A DNA stretch of 63,998 nucleotides, the filler included, from Streblomastix strix (lineage: Eukaryota): the NCBI GenBank assembly GCA_008636045.1. It is 3 parts of 3 records of this genome, joined end to end, with 100 filler letters (N's around TTAATTAATTAA, not from the genome) between each part and the next. Parts side by side here need not be neighbours in the genome. Positions count along the whole stretch, not along the records: positions 1 to 21,831 come from SNRW01000351.1; 2 more parts are not named here. The stretch is one strand, 5' to 3'. This document shows positions 1-15,787 of this stretch, piece after piece (position 1 is the stretch's first letter; every line of letters begins with the position of its first letter). Under the pieces are notes generated by a model that saw nothing but the letters and a program-made list of their open reading frames with translations, was not told the origin of the DNA and made no database searches. The position numbers and the translations under genes were made by a program.

Positions 1-174
1 GAATCCAGCCAGCTGTAGAAGGGTGTTTTGGCGCAAACGCAAAAACTTCAAATTTCCAAGCTCCCAAGGAATTTCAGGGACGTTTTGAATGATGATGCGG
101 ACAACTACACACAGCTAGACGATGAGTACATGGATTCCAAAGGTTGCTAGTTATGTGTATGTAATGTTGGGTGA
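1..174 (+). CDS. 3' end of an unknown gene (partial), Cys-rich C-terminus
   Basis: Frame +1 in code 6 reads ESSQLQKGVLAQ...DDEYMDSKGCQLCVCNVG to TGA at 172-174, followed by AT-rich intergenic DNA. Confidence 0.5.
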
Positions 175-619
175 AGTGTCATAAATAAAAGGTAGTCCAG
201 ATTAAGTGGATGCATAGATAATCACGTAGTTTACGTAGTGGTTATATTAAATTGACATTTTTCAATCTAAATTTTTGTTGATTAAATCGATTAATTTTTT
301 CTTATTTAAAATAAAAAAATAAAATATATTAGTAGGCTAAACAAAAATTCATTGATTTTGTATCCACCCACATTCTTCATTCGTAGAATTTTAATAAAAT
401 ATAAAAGACAAACTTTCTGTTATTAATAGAACTCATACTATTATCTAAATTATACCAATTAAATTTAATAAAAATGTATATTATTTTTTAATTAATATAT
501 ATATTAAATACTACTACGAATGATAAAACAGAGAAATAATATTTTTTAATACATTTCAAGCCAAAATAAAGATTATGCTTCAAATAATTTTTATTATTTA
601 AATCATTTAATTGCAAGAA

Positions 620-3600
620 ATGGCACTATCTATACCGCTGGTTGTATGGGAGTAAAATCCTCCTCATGCTATTGTTGCCCTTGGTGCATCAATTAATGGC
701 GAAGATATTATTTCGGGAGACGAAAATGGTAAGATGGTACTGTGGAATTTCTGTTTCAATTCCGAGTAAAGACACCTTCTTGAACCAAAATCTATAATGG
801 TTTCATCATCTGGGTCCTCTGTTATTTCTTTGACAGTATTTATTGTATAAGGACTTCGTATAGTTGCCTGCAGTTTGTTTTTCATAATATAATTCACTAA
901 ATTATAATTTTCAATTAAATATATTATTTTTTAATATTAAATTAGTTTAAGATAATAGCGATCTAAGGGTGTGGGATCTTGAAACTGGAAATCTGTTAAG
1001 CAACTTTCGTTTTACTTGTTTGTTTTTTTCTTTAATTTATTCATCTTCTTTCTTAAATATATTTAATTTTTTTTACTTATAATATAGATGGTAAACCACT
1101 CTAAATTATTCATATATATTCTAACCTTGTTGCAATTAGAGGTTGTTTCAATGGAGTATATATTATTGATTCATTTTCAGGATTAATTTATGATCGTTTA
1201 GCTGAAGAAGAAGGTGAAATAAGGGGAATATATTGTTTAACTAGTAACAATTAAAATAATGAAAGTACGATTGTTAATCATTGATTTAACGTAATATTAT
1301 AATTTTTTTTATGTCTTTTTCTATGAAATTAAGGTTTACTTGCTTGTATCTCTGATAATTTCTTTATTTAATATTCTATCAAGCAAAAGAAAAGAAAAAG
1401 AAAAGAAAATGAATTATCGTATCAAATTAATACACGAAATATATATAATCAATAATAATTATTCTCTTTTACAAAAACTAAACACATCAAAATAAAGAAA
1501 AAGAAAAAAAGAAAAAAAGAAAATATTAAATAGAAAAGCATACAAATGAATGTATCAGTTGATGGATAAATTGTACTTATTTTAAACCATAATAAAGCTT
1601 CCTTATTATCATTAAAAGGAAATGAATGAATTAATAAATCCAATATTTTGTACATAAAAGTTGTAGATGCTGAAAGGGAATTAGAAATATAAGATTAAAT
1701 TGTGTAAGAAGATAAATTAATAATTGAGAGCAAAGGAGAGAAAAATTAGAAGATAAAAAATAAGATCTTAAAAAGAAAAACTTATTTTAAATCTTTTTCA
1801 AACATTTATTGGATTAATGGATGGATTATATAACAAAATATATAGAAACAAGATTAAAATGATTAATTTCATTCCAATTATTTATCAAGAACTTTATTGC
1901 ATAAACTTCCACCAAATTTATTTGATTCCCATTCTGTCAAATAATCATATTTTCTTATTCTTTAATCAAATATAAATAAATTCTTTGTGTACAATATTTA
2001 AGTATTAAATAAGGTAAAAGAAGGTTAAATTATTGATGGAGATAAAGAATAATCAATGAAAAAGAAATTAATTTTAATTTTTGATTTAAAAGGTCAACAA
2101 AGAGTAATTTCAAGGTAAAGAAAAGATAATAAATAAATAAATAAATAAAATGGTTCAGAATCTGATATTGAAACTGACTCTGAATCCTCTTCTTCATCTT
2201 CCTCTGTATTAGATTCTAAAAATTTATCTTAAACATAACAGAATAAATCATCATAATCTTATTAGAATTAACATTCAAATTTCAATCCTATTTATTCATC
2301 AATTTTAATGAAGAATAATATTATACTTATTGGGGATAGTAATGGACTCATTCACTCAGGAAGAATTAAAATTATTTAATCCCAAAACAATTCTTCTTCT
2401 TTTCATTAATATAATAATTAATAAAATGATATTTCCAATTATATATCTTTCATTCATCTTCCTTACTCATCTTTCGCTTCTGGATTCAACTAAAATGAAA
2501 GTAAGAATGAATAATTGATTAATTATAATAAGAATAATAAAGTGGCCAATAAATAGAAAGATAGTAATAAATTGAAATAAAAAGAAAATAAAAATTACTT
2601 TTCTCCATCTTTTTCTGTTACTTCAATAACTCAAGCATATTCATCACATAATTATCCATTTATTCTTCTTTTAAAGACATATAATTAATAATTAAATAAT
2701 AATTCAACGAAGAAACAATAATTACCTGATTGTAGTCAAAGTAATATTTTGAATACATTCTCATTATCACCTTTTCCACTATTTGAATCTTATTTATTCA
2801 CATCTACTTAGTCTAATATTATGGTTAAATATATTAATCTTATTCCTTTTCCTGCTTTTATAGTAAAATAAAAACAACAAAATATTGAAAATTAATATTA
2901 AGAATTTGAATAAACTGATCATTTATTCCACCATTTATTCAAAGAATCAATGAATGTTGAAGAATAGGATAAAAACTTAGAAAGTGAATATGAATAAGAA
3001 TAAAGATAATATGATGAAAATCAGGGTAATTTACAAAATCAATATATAAATAATAAATAATAAAAATTAAATGATGATGATTCAATATCAATCCATTCAT
3101 TGTATTCAATTGAATCAATTATTGTAGAATAAGATGAAAAAGAAGATTCAGAATAAATAGATTAAGAAAATAATAAAATGATTAAAAATGAATAATAAAT
3201 GGACTAATAACATTAATAAAATGAAGAAAAATTAAAAGAATAGGAAGAAAAAATTATTTTATCTCGTATTGATCCTGTTAGTCATTAAATTCAAACGAAT
3301 ATTTCTCATCCAATTTAACCTTCATTACAATATTCTTCTTCAAATCAATAAGAATAATAATCATCTTAATAAACATAAGGATTAAATATTATATCTCCTG
3401 TAAAACCAAAATTTCCTGTTAAACCAAAACTTCTTACTCGATCTTAAACTTTTTCATTTCCACATCCACCATCATTAATATAACCATAAAATTCTGAGCC
3501 AAAATTATAAAATCCATTTTAATAAACTTAATTAACTCTAAAGAAAAATCCTTCTTCCTAAAAGCCGCCATAATTATTTAGATAAGAATCAACTTATTCT

Positions 3601-6600
3601 TTAACTACCTAATAAAGATTAAATTCATAAAAATCATATTCCAATTTATAAATTTTATAGAATTAATAGAATATATATTAAAATCAATCTGTAAAAAATA
3701 AATTTTTATCACAAACATTACGTCCATCTTAATCTTCTGCTTAAATATAATAGACTAAATTTAATGTAAAACCATCATCTTTATCTTCTACATCTTATTC
3801 TTCTACACTCCAACGATCATTTAATCCACACACAATTAACAATCTCCGTAATAAGATTTATTAACCTAATAATATTAACAATACCTTTTAACTTAACATT
3901 TCAAATACTGACAATAATCAAAATTAAACTAAAAATGCTAATTTCACTCTAACTAGAAAATAATCCAAATTTACATTAGCTCCACCATCATCTAAACTCT
4001 TATAATCTGTTAATAGAAATAAACTGCTTTAAATTCCAGAGTTTGATGAAATATAGAAAAAGAAATAGGAAAAGAAATTAAAAGAATTGAATATGAAGGA
4101 AGAAAAAAAGAAGAAACATGCTAATTAATAAGAACAAGGAATTAAAGAGGATAAAAATGATAAAAACAATAATTAATCATCTAAACATGAACTAAATAAT
4201 ACGAATAATATATAAGATAATAAAAATACTGATTATATGTCATCATCACAATCTCCTGTTAGTTCACCTTAACATTCACCTTCAAATTCTCCATCAATTA
4301 TTAATTCCACTTCTTTATCTTAATCTTCTTAATCATCTTCACCTCCACATACTCTTTCTACAAATATATCTATAGTTGATAACTCACCAACATCTGTTAA
4401 TAAGTCTACCTTACAATCAGATATTCTATAGTAACAATCTCCTTCACTTTCTTATTCTGAAACACCTTCTTCCTCTCTTTCTAATTCTCCTTAAAATTCT
4501 CCTTCATTATCTCCAACACTATCTCCAACAACATTAATCTCTCCAACAAATGATTAGAATATTACATTTTTAAAATTAGATTAACATAATTAAATAAAAG
4601 AAGAGGAATAAATGGAAGGGAAAAATAAATATTTTTAAGAAATTGATGAAAATGATTAAATATTATAACGTGTTTGTTCTCCCCCTTCTCCAATTTTTCA
4701 GCAGCAGTATTAGTCTTCAATATAATAAATGAATGAAAATCAAGACAATGAAAGAAAAGAAGAAAAATAACAAGTTAGAACTAAATACTTTTTTCCTTAT
4801 GAAATTAATATTAACATTGAAGATTTATTATTAATTGGAATGAACAAAGAGAAAATGAACAAGACTACTAATTTAAAAGAGAAATATTAGTTATTTAAAT
4901 TATATAATAACATTTTCAATAATAATATCAAAGTAATTACAAATATAACAACTTCTTCATTTCATCTTTTGAATTCTATTCCTGGTATAGTTCTTATTGG
5001 ATGCATTAAGGAAGTAAAGGAGAAAGTTAATGAAAAGAAAGACAACTGCTGATAATATTACTAAACACATATATACTATATTCTTGTTGTTTTTGATGTA
5101 ATGTCTGGATATTGCATATAATCATTCGAAAACCATCATTAATCAATCATTTCATTCTTTTCTGAATGCCCTAATTATTAGGAACAATTTGAATAGGTGA
5201 GTGAATTGAAAGAGAAAAGAAATAGGTTGAATGAATAAACTATATTTGCATCAGTTTCTGTTGATGGTACAATTAATGTTTACTCTATAAAATAATCATA
5301 ATCTTTTCTTTATTATTCTTCACGATAATAATATAAAGTTTAGCACGCATATACAATCCATCCAAATATTCTTATATCACCTTTGAGTATTCAATATTTT
5401 GAAAGAAAGAATAATAATAACAATATAAATTATTTTTAACAATATTAATATCCTTCACTTTCAGTATAACTTGATCTTTGGATTATATCGGGAATTTATT
5501 GGAATTTATAAAAGAGGATGATTCTTATTGTTTGCTCTTAATTGAATATTGGAGAGTGCTTTTTGAATGAGAATAATATGAGAGAAAGAAATTTAGATGA
5601 GAAAACAAATAAATAAAACATTTATGAATAGAATGATGAAAATAATAATGACTTGGGTGTTAATGCTATAAATAGTATGTATTTGAAAATGCAGACTAAA
5701 TAGAAGAAAAGATTAATGAAGAAGGAAGATTTAACTGAGAATTTTAAATTTTATAATACTTAAATACAAGAACCTCATTCATTTACTTTTATATCAAATG
5801 TTATTCCAGCCATTCCATAGATGAATAATAATAATTCTCTTATATTTACTCCAATATCTCTTCCTTTAAAAAATAAAATATTGGACATTAATAATAAATC
5901 TCCTTTACTTTCTTAATCTCATTCATATCATTTATTCACATCCACATAATCATAATAATATTCATCTCCACTTGTATTTATTCTTGGTGATTAATATGGA
6001 CCTCCATATATTTAATTGCAATAAAAGAAAAAATTTAAGGAGACATCCAATAGAATCAATGAATAAATATTTATGAAAAGAAAGAAAGTCAATGTTTCAT
6101 AACAAAAAACTAAACATGAGAATGATTTATTAGATGATTATTCATTTGAATTAAATAATATACAAAAAGATATTGGGTAAAATATAAAGAAAATGTTAAA
6201 GAAATTGATTAATAGAGAAGAAAAAGAGAACAAAAAAGGATTAAAAGAGTTGAAGGATTAAAAAACAAAATAAGAAGAAGAAAAAGGATTAAAAATTGAT
6301 ATGAACGAAAAATTGAATTAAACAAATGAAAATAAGAAAGAATTATTTGAAGAAAACATATTAAAAGATTCAAATTTCACAAAGCCAACATTATCCGAAA
6401 TTCATTTATTAAATAACCAATAAAATTAAATATTGTCAACTAAATCCTCTTAAAATACTTCGAATATCTCTTAAATTGATTAATATTAGTCAGAACAAGA
6501 ATAATAATCACAATAATAAATATCAAATGTAACATTTCTGAATAACAGTAGTAAATAAATATAAACTATTAAATTGGATGATACAAATGAAAAATAATAG

Positions 6601-9600
6601 AATCAATAATTATAAAATTAATAATAATAAATCATTCCAACATTACTTTAACCAGATAAACTTCCAAAATAAGAGGATTAACCTTCTCCATCTTTATCAT
6701 AATCTTAATCCATTAGTATAATTAAATAAATTAAAATAAAATAAGCTCCTCTTGTTGTTATTAAAATTCCTACATCCAATTCTTTTTAATAATAAAAAGA
6801 TTAAATTGAAAAAGAATCATAATAAAAGTCAAATAATAAAAATAATGATTAAAAATCATCTTCATAAATAGAAGATAAAACAGAAATAAAGTAAATATCA
6901 TTCAAACATATTGATAAGGAAGATAAGAAAGAATAAGATAAATAAGATATAAAGTATGAAGTCAAATAATAAAGACAAGAATAACAATAAAATTAGCTTC
7001 CAATAATAAAAAAGTCTAAATTTGATCCTTCCAAATTTGCTGTTGCCTAATAAATAAAAAATCCAATAGAAAATTAACAATAAATATTTGTATAACAATT
7101 AAATAATAATAAATTGTCTCCATAAAATTCTTCATCCCAATAATTATATTCATAAAAACGCATATAAGAATAATAATAAACTTTAACACAGCCAATTTAT
7201 TCAGTATTTGCAAGTAAAGAACAATAAAAAATTTAAAATTAAAATTTAGAAAATGAAAAAGAATAGAAAAATGAATTTAATGAAATAGAAGATGATTCAG
7301 ATATAATATTACTAACAAGCTCGAATGAAACATCTTCATCTTCTTCAGTTTTAACTTCTTCTAATGAATCATTTTCATCATCGTCCACATCTCTTGCTCC
7401 TAATGTTGAGTAGTAGAAGTAATAATAATCCGTTTTGTCTGATCCTGATTAATATCCTTAAACTCCATTCAATATTCCTTCTTCTTAAATAAATATAAAC
7501 CTTATTGATAGTGAAGATAATGATAATGAATAATAAGAAGAAGAAGATTAATTTTAATCTGGATCAATTGGATATATATTTGATTTGGACACAGGAATAT
7601 TAATAAGAGAAGGAAATCCGGCTTTATTATTTATTGAAATTATTTTTTCAAATAATAATTATAAGAGTAATTATGATTCAGAAGATGATCAATAAGAACA
7701 AGATTTTCTTGATAATTTTCATGATAATTAACTCTCTCTATTAATTCCTTCATATTTTTAACGTATAGAACATTAATATAATTATTTAATATAACAATAA
7801 CAAAATTATTAGAATATTTATGAAAAATAAATAATAAATAATGATGAATTTCAGAAATCAAATTCTAATCTGCAATCCATTAATGAGAATTAATTATTAA
7901 ACTTGAATTAAATAAATATTTAAAGTGAGAATATTTTAGAATTAGAAAGAAAGAATGAAGAATAGAAATAAATAAAAATTGAAAAAGAAAAAAGAAGAAA
8001 TGAGAAGCAAAAAATAAAATTGAATAAACATTAAGAGGAATTATTGAAAGAGAAGAAATAGAAGATTGAAAAGGAATAATAAAATAATAAATAAAAATAA
8101 TTTGATTCATAAAAACAAATAAAGCAGACTTTCTCTACAACACCAATAACTCCTTCACTTTTCACTTCTTCGTTTAATTTCCCATAAAATTCTTCTCCAA
8201 TATTAGTACGACCTTCTGTATATAATCCAGGATCATAGGCTGAATTCGAATTTGATAAAGAAAAAAGATTGGATAAATATATTGAGAACGAATTTGAATA
8301 TGAAGATAATGATAATAGAGGAAAAATATAAGTAATAAAAAACAATGAAACCAAAAATGATATTCAATAAAAATAGATAATTTCTAAAGAATTTTTAATC
8401 AAATAATAATAAATGAATAAAAAAATTAAATTTTATGATTTTTTTAGTTCTATGCTTAATACTAGATTTGATTTAATAAATAATAATTATGGGATGGATT
8501 ATGAAATATTAGAGAGTGAAAATTAATTTATATAGAAACACAAACATGTTAACGAATAAATGTTTAACATTCATTCTAATAATTCTAACTCCTCCAATTT
8601 CTTATCATTATTAATATAATCATAACAATCTTATTCCAATAATTATACTTAATTTCATTTATAATAATAAACATACAAACATAAAGACTCTATTTCATAA
8701 TCTTCATAATCTGCATAACAATCTCATTCTAAATCTAATACGTCTTCATCAGAAGATAAAATTGATAAAGTTACCGCTGATGATAATTCATTTGACGATG
8801 ATGATGAAGATTAGGAAGAGGATAATGAAGTAGATGACAATATTGATTTGTAGAACCCTTCATAAAGACATTAATCCCTTCTTAATTATTAAGATAAAGC
8901 CTAAATGTTTGCTATTGATCAATTTTAGTCCGTTTCCCCAATGAATCAACCTTTAAAATCTCCATAACTTATTACTTCTTAATCTCCATCAATAACTTCA
9001 CAATCTATTTCGTTTCATTCTGATTAACTATAAGGTTAAAGCCCTAAATAATTAAATCGTTAATAATAATCATTTTCACCTTAACTTTCTCCATAATTAA
9101 ATCCATTTTATAAGCTATCTTAATAAAACATATATTCATCACCACAACAGTATTCTGCTAATATTTATTAACTTTCAACTAGTCAGCAACTGAAAGGAAG
9201 ATAATCACCAACTAATATTAGCTAATAATAATAATAATAATAATAATCCATTTTATTATCAAAATCAAATTAACTTTAGAATTCAATTACTCCTAGTCCT
9301 ACATAACCAACTTCACCATTCTTACTTAATCCAACAATTAAATAACAACAATTTTAAAATTAGTTATTGAATTAAGAATATAATTATAAAATGATATTAA
9401 GCAAAAATAAATAAAGAAGTAAATCTCCAATGTAATCAACTGAATATATGAAATAACAATAAAAACAAGGGAGCTTTTAACCATAACAATAATAATTATA
9501 AGATAAAGATATAATTAAAGACTAAATTAAATTATTTAATCCATTTTCTGTTCGAATTAATACTTAAATGACATCAAATGCAAGAATGATATATTAATAA

Positions 9601-12600
9601 TAATAAACACAAAGTAGTTAGATTGAAGGGGATGAAAATATCAATTTTTCTCCAAAATAACCAAATAAAGATTAAGAAACATTACAACAATTATCTCAAT
9701 AGATAAGAACAGAAGAATTTGATATTCCTTCTCACTTAAATTCTCCAATTGTTGATAATGAAGAAAAGAGTTAAAATACTTTAATAAAAGAAAATAAGGA
9801 AAAATAAAAAAAGAAAAAGAAGGGTAAAAAGAAAAAGGATGTTAACTAGAATAGTTCTCCGATTAATTCTTCATAATATCTCTAATAATAATCATCTTTT
9901 GATACAAATAACTATTTTTAAGATGATTAAACTTAGCCCTTTAATATTTTTCATATTTCGTTACCTCAAAATAATAATAATAATAATAATAATAGCATTA
10001 ATAAATTTATTCTTCCATGTATTGTAATTTGCACTGAAAAATTAACTCAAGTATTATAAAAATATACATCCTTTTAATAAGAAATGAAAGAAAAAGAGAA
10101 TAATTAATTAGCTAATAATACCATTAAAGATAACTATTTAAATGAAAATAAAAACGATAATGAATTTAAAGATGATTATTAATTTCGTATTTTAATATCC
10201 TTACTTTCTTTATTATTTCCTTGGTAAGATAATTAAACAGAATATAATGAACAATTTGAATTTGATTAAGAGGTAATAAATAATCTCTTACTTCCAGGGC
10301 CTCCTCATCACTCATAAATGTCATACATTATTTCTGACATCTAATAAGGCGGATTCTCAATCTCATTACCCAATAATTCATTTGGTATTAAAGGATGGTA
10401 GATAAATAATCAATTAACATGTTAATTAGCATTAACTTTAGTTTCTTCTTTATTAGCAATGAAAAATGGGAAAGGAATTTAATACATATCAGATTAGAAT
10501 TAGAATAAAAATAATGAATAAAAAAGTGAAGTTGGATAATAAGAAGAAGACTTTGAGAAATAAATAAATGATTTTTAATAATAAAAATACGATGAAATTG
10601 AATAATAATAATGGTAAGATTTTATCAAAAGATCTATTTGTAGAATTTATTAATTGGTTGGAAAATAAAAATAATCATATTCAGTTAATTAATAACAAAA
10701 TTAATAATTTGAATAAAATTATACTTTAAATAGAAATTTATAACCAAATGAAGTTAAAATTCCATCACTTATATCTCTCTCGTCTATATCATCATATTCA
10801 AATACTTCTCCACCATCTCATTCATCGTTTAGATTCATATAAGAAGCTTCTCATAAAATAATAAAATCTATTATATAATAATCAATTAAAGAGTAAAGAG
10901 AAGGAATTGTAAATATCTGCATTATTATACTTAAAAGAATGATGTTACTTAACTAATAAAATAATTATAATTAAATAGAGAAGTTAAATGAAAATAAGGA
11001 ATAAGCAATTTCTTCTTCATTAATTTAGAAACAACTTCAATTCATTGATTTATTTCGTTCAGTTATTAGAATAGATAATTAAATAATTTAAATTAGTTAG
11101 GTAATAATACTAATATATAACTTAATACGTATATGTTAAATAGGATATTAATAAATATAATTTGTATTGCAAAGTATTGAAATGATAAAAGAAGGAATGT
11201 GGATGTTTGAATTATTGTTACAGAGAGAGAAAGAAATGTATATAAATGAGAAGAATGACATTGAAAATAAGAAATAGTATAATATACAACATCGATAAAT
11301 AAAATAATTAATTTTGAAGGTCATAAAGATTCTTTTTACTTTATCATTACCTCATTCTAGTATTTATTCTCTTATTAAGAATTATAACAGTAATGATTAA
11401 TAGTCTCTTATTCCATCACCATATACAGCTGCTTATTATTAATCTCATTAATCATAACAGTAATAAAGAGAATTTTAATCTGCATAATCTCAAGTTTAAT
11501 AATAAGAAAGAGAGAATTAAGATTAATAGTAAAACATGGATAGAAATTAACTAGCTTTATTATAATCATTGTAACAATAAGATCTTAGTAAGGTTTAAAA
11601 GTTGGCCTAAAGGACACTATTATCTCTTGGTAGAATTCATTCGTGTTATTTCTTACAGTTTTTAATTGATGAAATGAATATTGAATAATAGATATAATCA
11701 GTATAATTGTAATAATAAGATTAATTAAATAGATAAAGTTTAAGCATTAATGAAAATGGGAAATAAAAGAATTTAAATATTGACTTTGATCGAACTCCTT
11801 CTAAATCATCATCATCAACATCTATTTCTAATTAAATATATAAAGATAAGATGAATTATTAATAAGGGAATTTTGATATAGAAACTGTACATTATTTATT
11901 AATATCAACATAATAAGGAAGATAATTATTAAAACAAACCATAGAAAGAATATTTAGACATTGGCTTTCAAAAACGCTAAGAACTATAGAAATAATTAAT
12001 GCTCTTCCACTTATTGCATAAATAACATCAATTCTTCTTTCTTCAACTGCATAAACAACATTTAATAATCCATAGTTAAAACATTTATCTGCTATTCATT
12101 AATTCTAAATTTCACCACAGTATTAATAGTTTGGTAGCATTTTAGCTGATTTAACACGAGTATATCCAATGTTAGCTTTAAATTTTGCAACATAGAGAAT
12201 AGCTTCATCATCACATCAAATTGATAAAGGAGAAGTTAATATATGGAATATTCTGAATGGATAATGTGAATATGCACTAATTGGACACACTGGTGCAATC
12301 AATTCCATTTCTTTCTCTCCATCTTCTTATTTATTGGCTTCATTTTCAACTTCTGATTTCAAAATTATTGTTTGGAAACTACCTTAACATAAAGGACTAT
12401 AATAAATAAAAGATGCCTAAAAAAAGAAATAAACTGAATCCTTGAATACAACCAAAGTTAAACCATTTAAAAATCTCTTTGGAAGTAGTTCTATATCAAC
12501 TTAATCATCATCAGATACTTTACCATCAAATGCTATTATTAATGATATAGATAATAAACAAAAAAATGGCCTAAATAATATGGATAATATACAGATAATT

Positions 12601-13044
12601 ACTAACCCCTAACAAACATTCTCTGCTTCAAATGATATTCAAAGTTGGTTTAGATTCAGAGAACTTTCTTAGAAGAGAAAAGCACAGAATGACAGTGACG
12701 CAAATTATAATCTGGATATTACGTAATAATCTGAATAATTCTTTGTAACTAGAGATGAAAATATTGAGCCTAATGAACTTGAATAATTAAAAGCGAAAAT
12801 TCATACTGAACTAACATGGTCAAGTGATACAGCTGTGAGTTTAATTGTGTACTACGAGTCATTTGAGGAATATATCGCACGAGCAGAACAGTCTGCGCAG
12901 GCAGCAGAATATAAATAATAATTAGAGAGGGATGAAATGACACTCGATGAAGTGGATGAGAAGAATAAAGCTATTCAATAAAGTTCTAAAGCAAATTCTT
13001 GTGTAGAGGATTGCCGACTAACGCTACGCTTCACTCTTTCTTGA
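620..13044 (+). CDS. WDR7: WDR7/WDR72 (Rabconnectin-3 beta)-like WD40 protein, ~4000 aa with large low-complexity insertions
   Basis: N-terminus MALSIPLVVWEQNPPHAIVAL...IISGDENGKMVLWNF resembles the WDR7 start. C-terminal VYPMLA...QRIA...VNIWNILNGQCEYALIGHTGAINSISFSPSSYLLASFS...IIVWKL resembles its last WD repeats. Three short introns near 873-945, 1009-1088 and 1265-1333, then one ~11.7 kb exon in frame +1 with two internal TGA codons (1627, 5050). Confidence 0.8.
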
Positions 13045-13535
13045 TTTATCTGTTGATTATATATTTAATATTGATAACGACTTTTCTCAATAAATATGAA
13101 TTAATTTTCAGCTCATGTTGATATTCTGATAAAAACAATTTAATTTAACTTTGGTTGTTAAGCTTTGATTAAGATATAAATTATTATCTTCAACATAGTA
13201 TAAACATTAATATTTATTCATACATTTAATTTCAATATATATCTCAATTTCAGCTCACAGTTCAACTTACAAAAAATTATCATTAAAACTTAATTTTTAG
13301 CAAGAAGTAGATTATTAAACAATTTAAATATATATCTTACAAATACTAAATTGCTGTTTATATAAATTCAAACAATTATAAACATAATTTAAACTTCGTT
13401 TTATTCGTTTGAATTTTTCCGAATCAATTCTCAAATTTATCTCCAACTAATACTATTTTTTCATAATTTTATATTATTTATTCAATAATTTATCATTAAC
13501 TTTACATTTTATACTTATTATTTTTTTAATTAGAA

Positions 13536-15431
13536 ATGGAAAAGGCCAAACATCCAGCAGAAGTATTCAGACATTAGCAAAGATAGAAAGAGTTAAAGAA
13601 AGTTTGTATCTTGATTTTCAATAAATATTAATGCTTATTTATTTATTTATTTATTTTATTATTTATATGCCAGATAAAACAACAAAGACGTGAAAAGCGC
13701 GAGAAATCAGCGAAAGATAAAGAGAAACCGCCTGTTTAAAACACAACATAGAAAACTGTGAAACCGCAGATTGGAGCAGAAATGCCTCCTCCACCAGCAT
13801 TGAAACAACAAACTTCAGTCATTACTGGAATTAATAAAATATAACCATCAACATATCCCCCAACAACACAAATTCCTTCTTATGCTTCAAATTAGATGCC
13901 ATAATTATTCCCACCTGTAATGATGCCACCTTAACCTTATTAAGGATTCATTCTTCCTCAGCTTCCACAACAATCTGGACTTCTTTAATATCCTCATAAT
14001 GCATCAATAGTTCAACCTTACCTGATACCTGTGATATATCCTATGAATTAAAACTCTAATTACAATTAATACAACAATATCTCTAATAATTATTCAGGAT
14101 CTTCACTTCTACCACAACCTGGATCACTTCTTCCAATTCCTATTCCATCATAGTCCAATTATTTTAATCATCATCTCCATTAATCCAATTATATTATTCC
14201 TCCTCCTCCTCCTCCTGATTCACCTCCTCCAGACGAAGATGATGAAGATGAAGATATTAAGAATTAATTATTGAATATAAATAGAGGAAAAGGTTTATTA
14301 TAAGATCCAAATGTTGGTTTATTATAAAATCCTGATATATCCAATAAATAAGATATAAATAAGGATATGCAATAAGAATAAAACAGAATCATTTAATTAG
14401 ATAGTGATACGCCCGAAGATAATAATTAATTAATATAAGAGAAAGAATAAAAAGTTGAATGGAAAAAAATAATTGAAGAAGATAATACTAATAAAGAAGA
14501 TAATAATAAAGAAAATGTTAATAAAGAAGAAGAAATCGATAATTAATTAATATTTAATTAAGCATAATCTGAACAACGAATATAAACAATTAATACTGAA
14601 GATAATAATAAATCTGTATAAAATAAAATTAGAAAGAAAAAGAAAAAGAAAAAGAAAATCAATATAACAAATTTCAATGAAGGAAACATTGGATCTAAAA
14701 GAAGGAGACTCAATGAAGATGAAAGTGAATTAAATGAAATAATTGAAGAGAAACACATATAAGACTTTGGAATTATGGATTATGGTGATTCTGATGATGA
14801 AGATGATACAAATATTAATAAGAGAAATAATATGAATGAAAACAAAAATAATGAAAATGATAATAAATTGAAAGGATAAATTGATTAACATGAAATTGAG
14901 AGTGAATATGAATCATATTATGAAGATGAAGATGGAAACTAAATATCAGAAGAAGATAATTATATATAAAGCAAAGATCCTCCAATATAAAGAAATTTAT
15001 TAGAACATCCTTTTTATACTTCATTTGACAACCAACCACATGATGATAATAAAAAAGAAGACATATCTGATGTTTCATAATAATATGACTAAGATAATTA
15101 GGATGAAGAAAGAAGTAATGAACGAAGAATATAAAGAGAGAAGAAGAAATCACAGCTGAAGGAAAGTGTTTCTTGGTTGCAATTTGGAATTATGAATGAT
15201 GAAATATTTTCAACACCTGTGAAGCGTAGTCGTGAATAACTTAATGAATAACACCATCCTACATTTGTAGCACATACAAAAATTTAACTTAAACCTAGTA
15301 TCGAGGATACAAACATTGATAATAAGACAAACATTGATAATCTAAAGAAAACTTAATTAATTAATGCTCCAATTAGTATCGACAAGAAAAATTTATTTGT
15401 TCCACGGGCGCTTATGAAGTAAAAAAAATGA
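13536..15431 (+). CDS. WBP11: Wbp11-like (WW domain-binding protein 11) splicing factor
   Basis: MEKAKHPAEVFRHQQRQKELKK|NKQQRREKREK matches the Wbp11 N-terminal motif. Poly-Pro and acidic middle, C-terminal LFVPRAL. One intron near 13603-13673. Confidence 0.6.
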
Positions 15432-15787
15432 TTTGATTTTAATGAATAATAAATAAATAAAATTTATAATAAGCTATTAAATTAATTATATTATTGTTGA
15501 CTTTGAAAACAATTGTTTTTATTATTTGCCATTTTTTCGTGTAATACGAGTTTTATTTAATCCCTATCACAATTAATGATTTAATATACTTAAATTTTAG
15601 CTTAATAATAACAAATATATACACAATTCAAATTAAATATTGCAGTTATTAAGACTTAAATGAATTTTTCCCTTTTTTTCAATTTTTTTAAGCACAGGGT
15701 AAAAATCAATTTATATATATTCCTATTTAACCTACATTTGATTATTTTATATTAAATTTCTATATTTTTTTTTACTTTAGCAAGATT

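Noticed and set aside
1..258. Minus-strand ATG-initiated frames at the window start
   Set aside because: They contain TGA stops; the plus-strand frame ending at 174 is the simpler reading.
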